A DNA stretch of 64,000 nucleotides from Camelus dromedarius (lineage: Eukaryota): NCBI RefSeq assembly GCF_036321535.1, contig NC_087436.1:66962001-67026000 (forward strand). The letters run 5' to 3'. Below the pieces are notes generated by a model. It had not been told where the DNA came from and did no database searches. It worked only from the letters and a program-made list of their open reading frames with translations. The position numbers and the translations under genes are program-made. Positions 51,780-64,000 of the stretch are shown piece by piece; position 1 is the stretch's first letter, and each line of letters begins with the position of its first letter.

Positions 51780-52400
51780 ATCTTGTCCATTTCTCTCTCC
51801 TGAAATTCCTATCCACTTATAAAAGTGTCTGCTAGTTATTAACACATTCATGACATGCAGCCATTCCAAATTCAACTTGTCTCAAAATGAACAAATTATC
51901 TTCCCTGTTAAAAAAAAAAATCTTCCTCCTATGTTCCCTATTTCAGTGAATGCAATGCCACAGAACGAGATGTTCCATCCAGAAATCTGAGTCACCTTTG
52001 TCTTCCTTCACCTTTATCTCCACATTGAATCAGTAACCAAATCCCAATTCTCACTCTGTTCTGTATATAACTCTCTGAACTGCCTGCTGTTTCATTTCAC
52101 AGCATAACCAATCCGGTCGTATCCTTGCCATAAAGTTTCACTTGAAAAAATCTCCTAACTGGTTTCTCAATAGAGAGGCATAAATCCTGAAGATATCTAC
52201 AAAATACTGCATCCAGAAAGACCTTTTGAAGCCACCAATGTGGTCATGTCACTTCCCTACTTCAAACCTTGTAGTTGTGTCTTACTGTTTTTAATATAAA
52301 TTCTTCCAGAATACTGGTCTCTATTTTCTTCTCCAGTTTCATTCAGGTTTTTCCCTCTTTCTCTTTCCACAGTTTAGCAATGCTGAACTTATTATTTCAG
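51780..52400 (+). mobile_element. L2 fragment
   Basis: ccattccaaattcaacttgtctcaaaatgaac...cctatttcagtgaatg...ctcctaactggtttc...tggtcatgtcacttccctacttcaaacctt. Confidence 0.7.
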
Positions 52401-52404
52401 TTTC

Positions 52405-52800
52405 AATTATGTGGCCTTACCACTGATTCAGTTCTGTCCAATGAGCTGTGAAGGTGATCTGCAAGGGAAAGGAGTTTTTGAGAAGAAAACATCAGAAAAG
52501 GAAACTCCTGGCTGCCTTGAAAGTTGCTGGGCACGAGTGTGTTTCCTGGAACTGATGCAGCCATCTAGAGCAAATAAGGAGAGTCAGCGGGCGAGCAAAG
52601 CCTACAGATCAGCATTGGCAGGGTGAAGGGATGAAACGTATCCGGTTCCAAATTATATCACAGAGTCGCTAATCCATCTAAATTTGAAACTTGCCTCTCT
52701 TAGGACTTTCTGCTATACGGGAAATAATCACTTTTGTTGCTTAATCCAGTGGGGAAGTGACTTGCTGCTATTTGCAGAGGAAGACATCCTAACTGATACA
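52405..52800 (+). mobile_element. ERVL/MaLR-class solo LTR (old MLT1/LTR16-like)
   Basis: cagttctgtccaatgag...cctggaactgatgcagccatct...ggactttc...catcctaactgataca terminus. Confidence 0.65.
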
Positions 52801-53859
52801 ACTGTGAAGTGGCAGAATCTGAAGGCAAACTCCAGTCTCTCTTATTCCCGAAGTCTATTCTCCTTCTATCGTGTCTTGATACTTCCCATATTCTACTTAC
52901 AGAATTCCAATGACATTTTAAACTGAGTCACTTAAACTATCAGATTGTTTATCTTCAAAGTGATATCAAAGATAGATGATTGTTGTTTTCCCTTTCAATC
53001 TTAATATATTATACTCATTGTTGCCTCGGAGGAATAACCATTGCTTTTAATTATCTGTTTAAAAATGAATTCACCTCTGCTCATTTTGGGGTTTTTTTTG
53101 CCTCTTTTTGTTCATTTTGTTTCAAAATAGTTTTCATCATCATAAACAAAGAAGTTTTAGCCACTTTCTTTGAAAACTGAGGAGTAGAATATTCATATTA
53201 TGAAGCATACAACTTTAAGGGAAGCAAAAATCTTTAGAAATTCATACTAAAGATTTTGAATGGTCAATATACTCTAAAAGTACAAACTCAGGGAGATGGC
53301 AAAGGGGAATTGAGAATTAGTATCCACTGGTTAGTCCATACAAAGTGTTTAGGCAAAGGTAACACTGAAATCCACTGACAGCTAAATTGTGACTAATGAG
53401 CAGTCTGCTCCGCTCACAGGACACATGGCATGAAAAGAGCGAAACCATACGGTTTTCAGTGGCTACTTTGTCAGGTATGGTAACCAAACTTGTCAAATCT
53501 TACATATTGTTTTTTATTTTAAAGAGAAAAGTCAACATTAGATGACATAATGGGCTTGAAAATCATCCTATTACAGAATACGCTCACTCAACCCCCACTC
53601 AGTTCCACGCCACAATATATGTGGATAACATATGAAGCTATTCCTTACAAAGCAGTATAAATCCTAAATCTTGAAATAAATGTGCTTATTCACAATTCTC
53701 TGTGAGAATGGTTTGTTGCACCGAGAATATTCATTAGTCCTATGGTTCTGCTTTGCTACTGTGTCAGCTCGTGGAAGTGATTTTACTTTGAGGGTCCCAA
53801 TTTTCATCTTTGTAATATCAGTGATGAAAACTAATAAAATTGTATGTATCTGTATTCAA

Positions 53860-54040
53860 TAAACATTATACCCACTTAATCCTAACAACGATCCTTTAGT
53901 ATGTTATTCTCCCCATTTTACAGATGAGGAAATTGAAGTTGAGAAAAGTTAAATGGGGCAGTGGTCCAAGGTTACGGAGGTAATAAGCTCATAACTGGAA
54001 TCCAAAACCATCTAACTCTAAAACTCTTTCTCTTGCTTCT
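53860..54040 (-). mobile_element. MIR SINE
   Basis: ccccattttacagatgaggaaattgaagttgagaaaagttaaat...ccaaggttac. Confidence 0.8.
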
Positions 54041-55248
54041 ATATCACACTTGCCCCAATATTGAACTGAATCCAAATGTTCTCTCCTTTGAAACTCTTAA
54101 TTTCTATGTAGAAATGAGTTTTACTAAATCAATGAATTTTGAATAACATGTTACAGAAGCCAGTATCTCCCTAATGCACTAATATTACTGTATATAAGAT
54201 GGAAATCTTCAGATCTTTTAATCTAAACATAGCAAATATTAGTTTTTCTGGGGAAATCACAATTTAGAGTCAAATTTCCAACAGTAAGTTACAAGATTTC
54301 AGAAAGCAAAACAGTAACAATGAACCTTTTTTTCTTAATTTTTTATTTTGTTTTTCATTATGCTTTAAGCTATGCTATTTGGGGCAAAACAGGGTATATG
54401 TTTGTCTGAATATATTTTGTCCTTAGATGTCAAAAAGTACATAAAAACAGAATGGAAAATGTATGCAAAGCTGATTCTTCACCTGGCATGAATCCTTACC
54501 TCAGTCCCTGATTGCCCCTAACGTTTGACTGAAATAGACCAAACTGCAAAACAATCTATATAATAATTAGTTTTCTAGCCTTCAGGGTCGGATAAATGAT
54601 GATTAGATCTGAACATGCACTGAAACAGAGAAAAACTTGCACAAATTTAGTCTGAATTTAAGGTGATGGCATTTCCAAAAACAAGCAAACAACCGGGTGG
54701 CCCAGTGGCCCTTTTGTGAAATGAGAAATGACCCAAATTTTGCTGGCAGCTTGAGTCATTATCCCCGTATCAGTCAGTCTTGTGGCTTAGTCAAAATTGA
54801 ATTCTGATGTAAACACTACAGAAAGATTCTTTTACCTAAAATTTAAAAAAATTATAAGAAATCTTTGGATAATGACTTATCATCAAAAATTAGTCAAAAT
54901 ATAAAGCAATATAGACAGAAGTACAAACAAATACTGTGCCCACTAATTTAAGGTGACTGAACATAAACACTTTAGTACCCTGCTCTATCCATTTCAAAGT
55001 AGCTAGCAGGGAAGTAATTTTTAAGTCAACCTTTTAAAATACAATAAATTATGTATCTTTACAGGGTACCAGACTGATGATCTAGTAGCAATCATTTTTG
55101 CCTAGTTAACCTGGTGCCTAAAATCTGGTTTTGGTCAAAATATAACCTCAGTGGTTGACTATTTATCCTTTTACAACATGTGTAAAGGAAAAGAAAAAAA
55201 GGAAATAAAGTAAAATAAAATAAAAGTATTTTCACTCTTCAATGTTAT

Positions 55249-55812
55249 TGTAGCAGGTGCTATCTTATGCCCATTAGTTACTCACATCCTTTCTCCCTCC
55301 TTAATATCAGAAACTCACTTGTGTTTGGAGTGGCAATGTGCCTAGCACCAGACAATGGGTCATGACTGGCCTTAGCAAATAATGATCATCATGTTTCTAT
55401 AATCTTAGCCTCCACTGAACTGAGGGGCCTTGTTACATAGGTCTGGCCAGTGAGCTATAAAAAACAGAAATCTGCTTGCCAGTTTCTGGGAAAATCTTGT
55501 TGTCTTAGGAAGGAATAGTCTAGCTAACATGATTCTTGGCTCTTCTTTTTCCCTTCTTCTTCTTGTTCTGAACTGAATGTGATGCTTAAAGATGCATCAG
55601 CCTTCTTGCAACCAGGAGGCAATAAGATTGAGAGTGAGGCCAAAAAAGTCACAAGGACACCTGTCCTGACATCATTAAGCCACTGAACTCAAACCACCAG
55701 ATATCTACCCTGAAACTTCTTTCTCAAAACTTTTTTAAGTCCTCTACCTTTTAAGTCAGTGTTGGACAGTTTTTTATATTATCTTCAATGTAATATAATC
55801 CAATGTAATACA
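55249..55812 (+). mobile_element. ERVL-class solo LTR (LTR33/LTR16-like)
   Basis: TGTAGC start; ggtctggccagtgag; tgaatgtgatgc...cagccttcttgcaacc; cctgacatcattaagccactgaac; ...taataca end. Confidence 0.6.
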
Positions 55813-55899
55813 AACAATATATAAATAACTGAGGAAAAACTCCAGCTCACTGTTTCAACTTCTATTCAAGTTCTATGGGCACCTGCAATGAATGAGGGT

Positions 55900-55990
55900 T
55901 CTTTCATTCAACAAGCATTTATTAAGCATCTACTTAAGTACCAAGAACTGTTCTAGGCCTTAGGGATACATCAGTGAATAAAACAGGAAG
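55900..55990 (-). mobile_element. L2 3' end
   Basis: ttcattcaacaagcatttattaagcatctact...ctgttctaggc...gggatacatcagtgaataaaacag. Confidence 0.75.
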
Positions 55991-56284
55991 TATCCGGCTG
56001 ATTGTTCAACCTTCCAAATGCTTAGCCCTGAGAACAGACATTTGCTTGAATTTACATTACCTGTGAACTAATCCTTCTATATCTATAGAGTTTTGACAAT
56101 TCTCTAAGATTTTGTATGTCCTTATTGTGCATAGTGTTGTCTAATAAAAATACAAGCCACTTTTAGCCTTAACACGTTTTCATATTCTCTTTTTTGAGAT
56201 TAATAATAGAGAATATTTATATAGCATTTTCTGAGTGATATATAATGTATAATATACACACATACACTCAATGTTTTTTTAAAG

Positions 56285-56850
56285 TGTGGTGTTTCAATCA
56301 CTTGTATCAGAATTATGCAGTGTTTTTAAAAAACATAAATCCATTGGTTCCTCCTAAAGCTACAAAATTAGGATATTAGGTGGAGCCTAGGAGACTGCAT
56401 CTTAGAAAGTCCCCACCACCAAGTGATTCTTATACTCACTTAATTTGAGTCAGACAGCATCAGAGCTGGGCTATGCCCTGTTCAATGAGGCGAATCTACC
56501 TATCGCACAGCTGGATTATTGCAGCAACATCAAATTGCAGTAAGAGTCTGGAAAAGCTAACTCTTAATCTTTATATTAATACTGCTGCAGACTGGCACCA
56601 ATCCCAGACCACAGATCCCATTTTGAGTAGCTCTGTTCTGAGTAAGGGTTCTTTAACAGGGTTTGAAATCAGAATCATTTATAAATGTTCTAAAAGTACA
56701 GATTTGCAAGTTCTAAACTTACATATTTCCACAGGACTTGCATTAATGAATTTCGATTCCATGAGTATAGGAGAGTCCAGACATTGTATACTTAACAATG
56801 TTCTGAGGTTGGCTCTGACGAGCACCTCTGGATTAGGAACTATTGGTTCA
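56285..56850. mobile_element. Cluster of MER5-type fragments
   Basis: gtggagcctaggagactgcatctt...ccaagtgattcttat, and a second copy ending ...ggattaggaactattg. Confidence 0.55.
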
Positions 56851-56963
56851 AAGTAAAGTTTACCAGATAGTATAATTTGTTTCTTAGCTAGATTGTTAGA
56901 AAGCCACAAGTCAGGATCATAGCACACTGATCTTCTATACATCATTCCTTTTATATTTCAACA

Positions 56964-57177
56964 CAGTGGTTTTCACACTGAGCCCACAATGGCCTCTGTG
57001 GTTCCAAAAAGCTGTCTCAGAGGCATTAGCAGATGAAGGGAGTAAGGAGGTAAAAACACAGCCAGGAAACCCAATTATTCTGTTGTTATCTGCTTCACGT
57101 ATTGGGCTTCCACAGTGATTTCTTTTGAATGAGAGTTTCTGCTGCTTAAAAAAAAAAAAGAAATTTGAAAACCACTT
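56964..57177. mobile_element. hAT-Charlie MITE (Charlie4-like)
   Basis: TIRs cagtggttttca and tgaaaaccact, with internal tattgggcttcc...ttctgctgcttaaaaaa. Confidence 0.65.
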
Positions 57178-59619
57178 CTAATATGTTGTCCTTGGCTTTC
57201 AACAATGACTCATATAAGAACCTATTAGATGAAAATCAGCTCTGCTTTTTTTGAAATTGTTAATCAAATTGTAAATCATGGCATTGTACAATACCCCAAA
57301 CACAAACAACACTGTGGCCAGCTTTTCTCAAACCCCAGAGTAAGGACAAAAATGCTTTTTCCTGATGAACTGACAGGTTTTCTGCCAGGAAATGAGAACT
57401 GTGTAACTCAAAGCTCATACTTAAGTTTTCTATTCAATTGCTTTAGCATTGATGATAGTGATATTGTCTTGCTGGTATGTTTTTCATGTCCCAATATACT
57501 TTACTTATATTATTCTTATACTAATTGAGTTTCTTATAAAACATGTGATTTTTGTAGTAAAACACGATTCCTTCCTTGAAAGATGGTATGCATAAACAAA
57601 ATACAAAGCACGATACTTATATATACTTAAATAAATGTAATCTCTAGATAGTGGGTGTAGCCAAGTACTTCAAGCATCAAACACCTCTGGTACCTTTCCT
57701 GTCAGTCTTATTTGTGTGCCCCAATGCAATTTACTTAATTCTCCCAAACCCAATCTCCCACCAGTACCTGAAATAATAATATCTAGCTCACAGGGTTGTT
57801 GTGAGGCTTAAAGATTATGTGGTAACAGTCTTCAGAGCTGTTGTCATGATTATTATTCCTATCTAGAAGAAAGATTCAGCTCAAAGAATTCTCAGCTCAG
57901 TAGAATACAGTATTAACTCACTGGTACTTCTGATGTATTTATTAGAATTTTTAGAGTAAATAAAAAACATGCTCAAGAGGGATAGTTACTTAAATATACT
58001 TACCAGACACTGGTTAGAATTAAATACACTAATCAGACATTAACCAAACTATACTTAAAAAGCCATTCATCATTACATTATAAACTTTATCCTTTATAAA
58101 TCTATTTTTAATGTTATTCTATTCACATGGTTAATGGTATCCATTTTCTTACTTTCCCTGCAATATTAAGAATTCCTAACAAGTTGTAAATCTAAAGTGC
58201 TTCATAAAGTAAGTGACAGTCTACATAATCCAGGAAGTCTAGAACAAATGAAAGAGTAAATTCATCCCCTCCCAAGAAATTTAAACCATTAAGAAACAGA
58301 TGTTTTATATTAATTGCTTTTCTAGAGGTAAAATTAAGTCATGCTTAAAGCAGAAAAGATTATTTTATGTTGGCTGACAATGCCTCAAGTCATATGAATT
58401 TTGAGAACTTATCATAAGAAAGAGGGGGAATAAACAGCAGTTGATAAAATCACAAAGAGATAGTAACCACAGGATATATACTATTTATTTCCTAGTGGTT
58501 TGCAAATCTCAGTAGAACTTTATTCTCATTGATATTTTTGGTAAATCTAAAATATTCTACTGCCAAACTTCTTGGTATTAATTTCTTTTGGTTGGCAAAT
58601 CATACACTCTTTTAATTGGCAACATCTCGGTTTAGAAGAGACTCCCTACTACCAGAGATTCTAAACTCTATTATAGTTATGAATTTAGGAAAAAAGCTAC
58701 ATTGGCTCTATCAGGAAAGATAATGTGGTGAGACTGGGCGTGTTTAAAGACAGAGTCTTTAAAGAAACAAAGAAGTTGCTTAATACCATTTATTCCTTAA
58801 GCATAAATTTATAGAGTATAACATACTTTACTGGTACATACAGATGGTCAGGCATTGGGGTTGGCTCTCACTGCGTCTACAGACAGGCAAAACTTTCTTC
58901 ATATTGATGCATTTAGTAAATGCAAAAAAAACCCCAAAAAAACCCCAAAACAAAAACCAACCTTGCCAGTTTTCTTGGAATTAATTTGCTTTGGTTTCCA
59001 AATCATACTATCTCTGTTAGTAGGGATGTCTCAGTTCAAAAGAGTGCTTTTTCTCTGGTTAAAGTTTACTTTTTACAGCGATTTCTATTCTCATCAAATA
59101 ACATAAATGTACAAACAAGGGAAAACTCAATTCTAGCTCAGCATGAAATGCTAACACATGGAAAAAGAATGGGCACAGAATACTGTGGACATTGGGGAGG
59201 AGTCTTACCATGTATAAGGAGGCATAAAGATCAAGTTTACCTAGGTGCAGGAAAGAGCTGAGTGTTTCCTACTGAGCACCTAGAATCCAGCTGCACTGAG
59301 AGCAGGGCTCCCCGCCCCACAGGAGCCTCGACTGCAGGGACTGTAGGGAAGGGGCAGGAGAGGTGGGCCAGAAGCATGCAGAGCTTTGTACTTGGGCTCA
59401 AGGAGTTAAGATTTTACCCTGAGGGCACTGGGGAGTCACTGAAGTGTTTACCTAGGGAGTAAACAAGGGTTGCTTGAGCAACTGAACTGAAGTCAAGTGC
59501 TCGTCTTGTGGTATTTCTATGTACAATAAATATTAGACAGCACTCACTAACTAATGTAGCAAATTAGACCCTGCTAAATGTCAGAGTGCCAACTCACACT
59601 ACTTTTTAGCATGTGTAAT

Positions 59620-59850
59620 ATTTAACACTTATAAAATGCTTACTGTGTACCAGAACCTTTACAAAACATTTTTCTGATGTGAACCTAATCTTTACACCTC
59701 TAAAATGTATTAATATTTCCATTTTACAGGAAAGAATGCATAGACACAGAGAGGTTTTCTAGCTTTTTAGGTTTTCAAGGTCACACAGCTCTAAGTGGTT
59801 CAGGCAGACTCCAGAGCCTGGAGTCTTACCACTCTGCCCACTGCTTCCTA
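59620..59850 (-). mobile_element. MIR SINE
   Basis: aatgcttactgtgtaccag...tccattttacagg...caaggtcacacagct...gactccagagcc. Confidence 0.7.
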
Positions 59851-60774
59851 AAGTGGCAAGCTGATTCTGCAGTCATGAGACTTTGGCTTTGAAACTTCTT
59901 CTGATTTTTCACTAGATCAAATTTTCTTGTTTCAGTTCCTTTGTTCATAGTAATGATTTGTCTAATCTATCCTAGTTTTTTTTTAATGAGATTCTCATGA
60001 AATAAGGTAAGTTAGCACATTTCATAAACTATAAAGCATTTTAATAGTATAAACTACATAAAAGTGATTATAAAATATTTAATATAACCATGTATATAAA
60101 GGAAAAAAGCACCCAAGAGGTTGCCTTGGATAGGAGACCAAAGGTGAATACATTTTCCACTGAATCCATGGAACATTTCAGTGTCCTCACTTTTTACAAT
60201 AAAATAGTGTTGCCTAAAAAATATAATGTCATGATTTAAGGCAAAACTTTATTTTCAAAACTGTCCTCTAATCCCAATAGAGCAAGGGGTAGTAATGAGC
60301 AATACATAGAACTTTATGGGGGAGAGTTTCTGAATGTGATTTTGGGTGTATACAGCTAGGCCTAGAGTGTAGCCTGGGTTAGGGATTGAGATCTGGGTTG
60401 CTTATATACTAGAATAACAGAAAACAATTTACAAACCAAAGAAAATATGGCCTGAAATAGAAGAGAGGTAATGTGTAGAAAGAAATCTTGCCTTGTGCTA
60501 GTGGAGTTCTGGGCAATGAAAAGGGGAGATGTCAACATGAGGGGTCCATCAGTGTGTAAGAGCTGGATGACAAGCTGACCATGTATTTAGTGAGAGGGAA
60601 AAAAATCAGAGATAAGAGTGAACGTGAACATGAGAATATCCTCAGAACTCACCATGAATTTCTATATGCACTTTGTTCTTCTACTGTCTGTGGAATGAGC
60701 CATTATTTGGACGGGGAGGGCAGAGTGCCTGCGGAGATGTGAAGGCCTTTGGTCAACAGTCTTCCCCTGTGGAC

Positions 60775-61025
60775 AGAAGCTGATAAGAGCAGTGCTGGAG
60801 TCAGACTGCCTGGGTTTGAGTACAGATTTCTACCACTTTCAGATCTGTAAACTTGGGCGAGTTATTTAATTGTTCCCTGCCTGTCTCCTCATGTGTAAAA
60901 TAGGAATAATAATAATACTTATCTCCTAGGCTTGTTTTGAGTAAAATAAATCCATGTATATGCAGACCACTTAAAATACTGTATGGCACATAGTGTATCA
61001 ATACTGAATATTAGCTATGATTATT
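60775..61025 (+). mobile_element. Near full-length MIR SINE
   Basis: ctggagtcagactgcctgggtttgag...acttgggcgagttatttaa...cctcatgtgtaaaataggaataataata...tggcacatagt...attagctatgattatt. Confidence 0.85.
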
Positions 61026-62039
61026 GCATCCAGGTGGGTGCACACATGTGTGCAAATGCACACATACATTTCACAAGCAGATCTAAACACAGTACATTCT
61101 AAATTTCCTCATACCTGTTTATGTTACTTACATAAGAAAAGGTAAGCCTCACAGAATTGTATTAAGACCTTTTCAAAAATATAAAAGCTCAATTATATTT
61201 CCAAGTAATATTTTCAACTCTGAATATAACTGAACAGATCAGAAAATTTTATATTTCAAACTAAAATAGAGGTGTAAAATAAGTGTGAGACATGTTTCAG
61301 GAAACTTCTAAGAATTTAATTCTCCCAATTAATCGACTTTCAGCAGCATTGCATAGGTCATTTAAAGAATATATATTATATATTATGTTAAATATATATG
61401 TAAAACATACTATGTTAGTACTAAATAGCCAAAACATTTGACAATACCTGTCGATACGATTTGTGGCTAAGAAACACCTGACCTTTACTTGGGGAACGAT
61501 GAGGTAAAAGGCAACACTTACAACCCATGATCCTTGCACTGATGATCTCCCCTTTGTTTCCTAATCAAATCCCAGTATTCACTATTAAATAATTAGGAAA
61601 CCAGCTGAAAATTAGGACAACATTATGTGGTTGATTTTTCTCTTTGATAGCTCTATGGAAAATCTGCATATGCAATTCTTTTTGTTAGACTCTTTTTCTG
61701 TCCCAGATTCCCCTTAATCACCATCCAATGCAAAGAAGACAATAACCTGTGATTGTGAAAGCTTATCTCAAATACTCCATACTTAGTAGTGAGTGAATCA
61801 CAGGGACTAACATTTGTTGTATACTTGTTTGCTCTAGGAATTTTACTAACCAACGTACACACTATACATTATTATTATTTTATCTTCACAATATCCCTCT
61901 GAGTGTGTGTTAAACACACTTAAACTATGTTTAAAAACACTTAAACTATGAAGAATCCGAGGTGGATGATTCAAGAACACATCTCTAATACCTGGCAGAG
62001 CTCGGTTCATGGCCTTTACAGGTCCCCAATCTGCACTAC

Positions 62040-62250
62040 CCAGTGAGAGGCAGTTATTGTGAAGTTAATTAAAATTAAGCCACAGAGTCCTCAAAGACCT
62101 GGGCCACTTCCATGCCACTGTGGCACTGGTAATGTGCTCACTAAGTCTGTATTTCTGCTATACTTGCAAAACTAAAATATTTTTGTATTCTTCTTAAGGA
62201 CGGTTCTTCACACAACAAACTTAAATGCACAAAATGGCTGCACCTGATGC
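62040..62250. mobile_element. Probable hAT-Tip100-class DNA transposon fragment
   Basis: gaggcagttattgtgaagttaattaaaattaagc...gggccacttcca...ttgcaaaactaaaatatttt resembles recalled Tip100-family ends. Confidence 0.35.
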
Positions 62251-62819
62251 TTTGTTATAGCCAAGTCCTTACCGGCAAGTGAGGTGTTAACATACGTGGA
62301 CTCTGCAGAACTTAAACCAGCTACACTGCCACAACTCACATTATAAGCAGTGCTCACCAATCAGAAAATTATCTCATTTTGTTAATTCTCCACAACAATT
62401 ATATGAGGTAAGTAGTACCATACTACAGACAAATAAACTGAGGTTAAAAAAAAGTGACTGTCCACAGAATTCAGATGTAGTAAATGATGGAGATTAGCAA
62501 AACCCCTCACAAAACATAGAAAACAAAAACTTAAAATGAAACAAGACTAGTTCCTTTTTGAATTTCAAAGCCAGAGGTTTGATTTGGTTTTCTCTTGTTT
62601 CTTTTTCTGTAATTCCTTACCATTTAATCCTTTCCCTTCTGGCTTTTGTGGGCTTAAATCAAAAAACAGTAATTCCAAATCTGAAAGATTAAATGGTTCT
62701 GTTGTTGTTGCCCCCACACCCACTTCCAGATAAATCAAATATGATGGTTTGAAACTAGACATGGTTAAAATCCTTCAGATCCCAAGTATTTTCTGCTTTC
62801 TTCAGAAGGTTGGTTGTGC

Positions 62820-63075
62820 CCGTTAAACAACAGCAACACGACACTGCCTAGGGTGTAGGAAGGAGAGAGTCCGTCATCACCTTCCACAAATTGGCAGGTC
62901 GGTCTCACCTGCCTGAGGAGCACACCAGGCTGGTCTGGGTGTGGACCACACGCGGCTCATAGAGCGCCTGCTGCTGCCGACCCGGGCTGAACCTCGCCAG
63001 CCCGGTCTACCTGCTGAGTTGTCTTTCCGGGGGTGGGGGTGGGGAACCATTACCTAGCATCCTGAAACCGGAAAA
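62820..63075. promoter_or_regulatory. GC/CpG-rich patch in intron 1, a candidate regulatory element toward the EPHA5 5' end
   Basis: About a dozen CpGs in ~250 bp against a CpG-poor background, plus G-runs at 63029-63044. Confidence 0.4.
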
Positions 63076-63376
63076 GACAGCCAGTGCAAAGTACATAAGA
63101 CAGCTATCTTTTAAGAAACGCAAAACTGACAGACATACCTTAAAGTTTTGTACTTCTGACTGAAGAATTAAGTAAAAAAAAATCTGACTTTGTTTGATAC
63201 AAACTACTCTTTAACTTTAGGGACTGGGTCCCACGATTTTATTTAACAGAACACTATATTGTCTGACCATCCAATCTGGAATCATGACTTCCTTGCTGGG
63301 TGTTGGAACTAACAGGCCTGGGTGGGCTTTTAACCTCTTATCTTGCTTGGACTTTGCATAAATGGAGTACCTGACC

Positions 63377-63468
63377 AGGAGGAGGGAGGAAGGAAAGAGA
63401 AGGGGAGAGAAAGGAAGGAGAAAAGGAAGGAGGGAGGGAGAAAAGGAGGGGGAGAGGGGAAAGGGAGA
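63377..63468 (+). repeat. 92-nt uninterrupted polypurine (GA-rich) tract
   Basis: Only A and G on the plus strand from 63377 to 63468. Confidence 0.9.
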
Positions 63469-64000
63469 CGGGACAAACGAAAATAAGAATGTGAAATTAT
63501 TATAAAAGAAAAAAGACACTACCCATCTCTGAGTAAAAGAACAGGTTGTATTTTCTCTAAATCTTCCAATACTTAGCCGGAAACATGTTTCCAAATAGGA
63601 ACATTATCTCACAAAGCATATGCAAACTATTTCAACCCTTCAGTTTTGGCTCTTTGATTTTTTTTTTTTAAACCGGATCATTTACTTAACAGAGTTATGG
63701 GCCCAGTTTAGTTAGAACTGAAGATGTGTGTGATGGATGGAGACGAGAGCCTGGGCAATAGTCCAGCAACTATAACAGAATTAGAATCATCACAGACACT
63801 TAAATCCTAATTATTTAATCTGTGGGGTGTCTAACACCACAAGCATTTGACATGACTCAACGAAACTGCAGAACTTATAGGGAAATAGAAGAAAAGAAGA
63901 ACTAGATGGATGAAATAAAATGAACTAAAGAGTTATTTTCTTCCATTAGGGATTTATATTTTCAGAGTCAGTAAAACAAACGTAAAATTAGAATGTGCGT

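Larger units (their letters stand above)
1..64000 (-). other. EPHA5: Internal part of the EPHA5 gene (part of intron 1, exon 2, intron 2, exon 3, part of intron 3)
   Basis: Two minus-strand exons translate to consecutive EphA5 N-terminal sequence. Exon 1 (signal peptide) and exon 4 were not found in the window. Confidence 0.95.

Noticed and set aside
1..64000. The remaining 60-130 aa ORFs in the track
   Set aside because: Low-complexity F/L/I/K-rich translations of AT-rich intron, microsatellites or repeats, often with non-ATG starts and no recognisable domains.
1..64000. CRISPR arrays, prokaryotic operons, defence systems, rRNA or NUMT
   Set aside because: No regularly spaced repeat-spacer array, no gene-dense region and no rRNA or mitochondrial sequence recognised. 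The window is mammalian intron.

Overview
AT-rich mammalian genomic DNA, very likely camelid (alpaca/llama/camel) because it carries two copies of a tRNA-Ala-derived Vic-1-type SINE. The whole window lies inside the EPHA5 ephrin receptor tyrosine kinase gene on the minus strand. It contains coding exon 2 (45467-45531, 65 nt, [22 protein letters not shown]) and exon 3 (8245-8908, 664 nt, ligand-binding domain plus the start of the Cys-rich region), both with canonical AG/GT sites and compatible phases. They are separated by a 36,558-nt intron 2, with parts of intron 1 to the right and intron 3 to the left. The rest is intronic and holds the usual eutherian repeats (MIR, L2, CR1/L3, old and younger L1, MaLR/ERVL LTRs, hAT MITEs, microsatellites). 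Repeat family names are from recalled consensus features and their boundaries are approximate. I see no clearly novel system. The best leads are: (1) a CpG-retaining 126-codon frame with one internal stop in intron 1 that has weak, unverified resemblance to bornavirus nucleoprotein; (2) a 62-codon in-frame read-through of exon 3 into intron 3 ending in a hydrophobic tail, which could give a truncated EphA5; and (3) a small twin-primed L1 insertion with TSDs.
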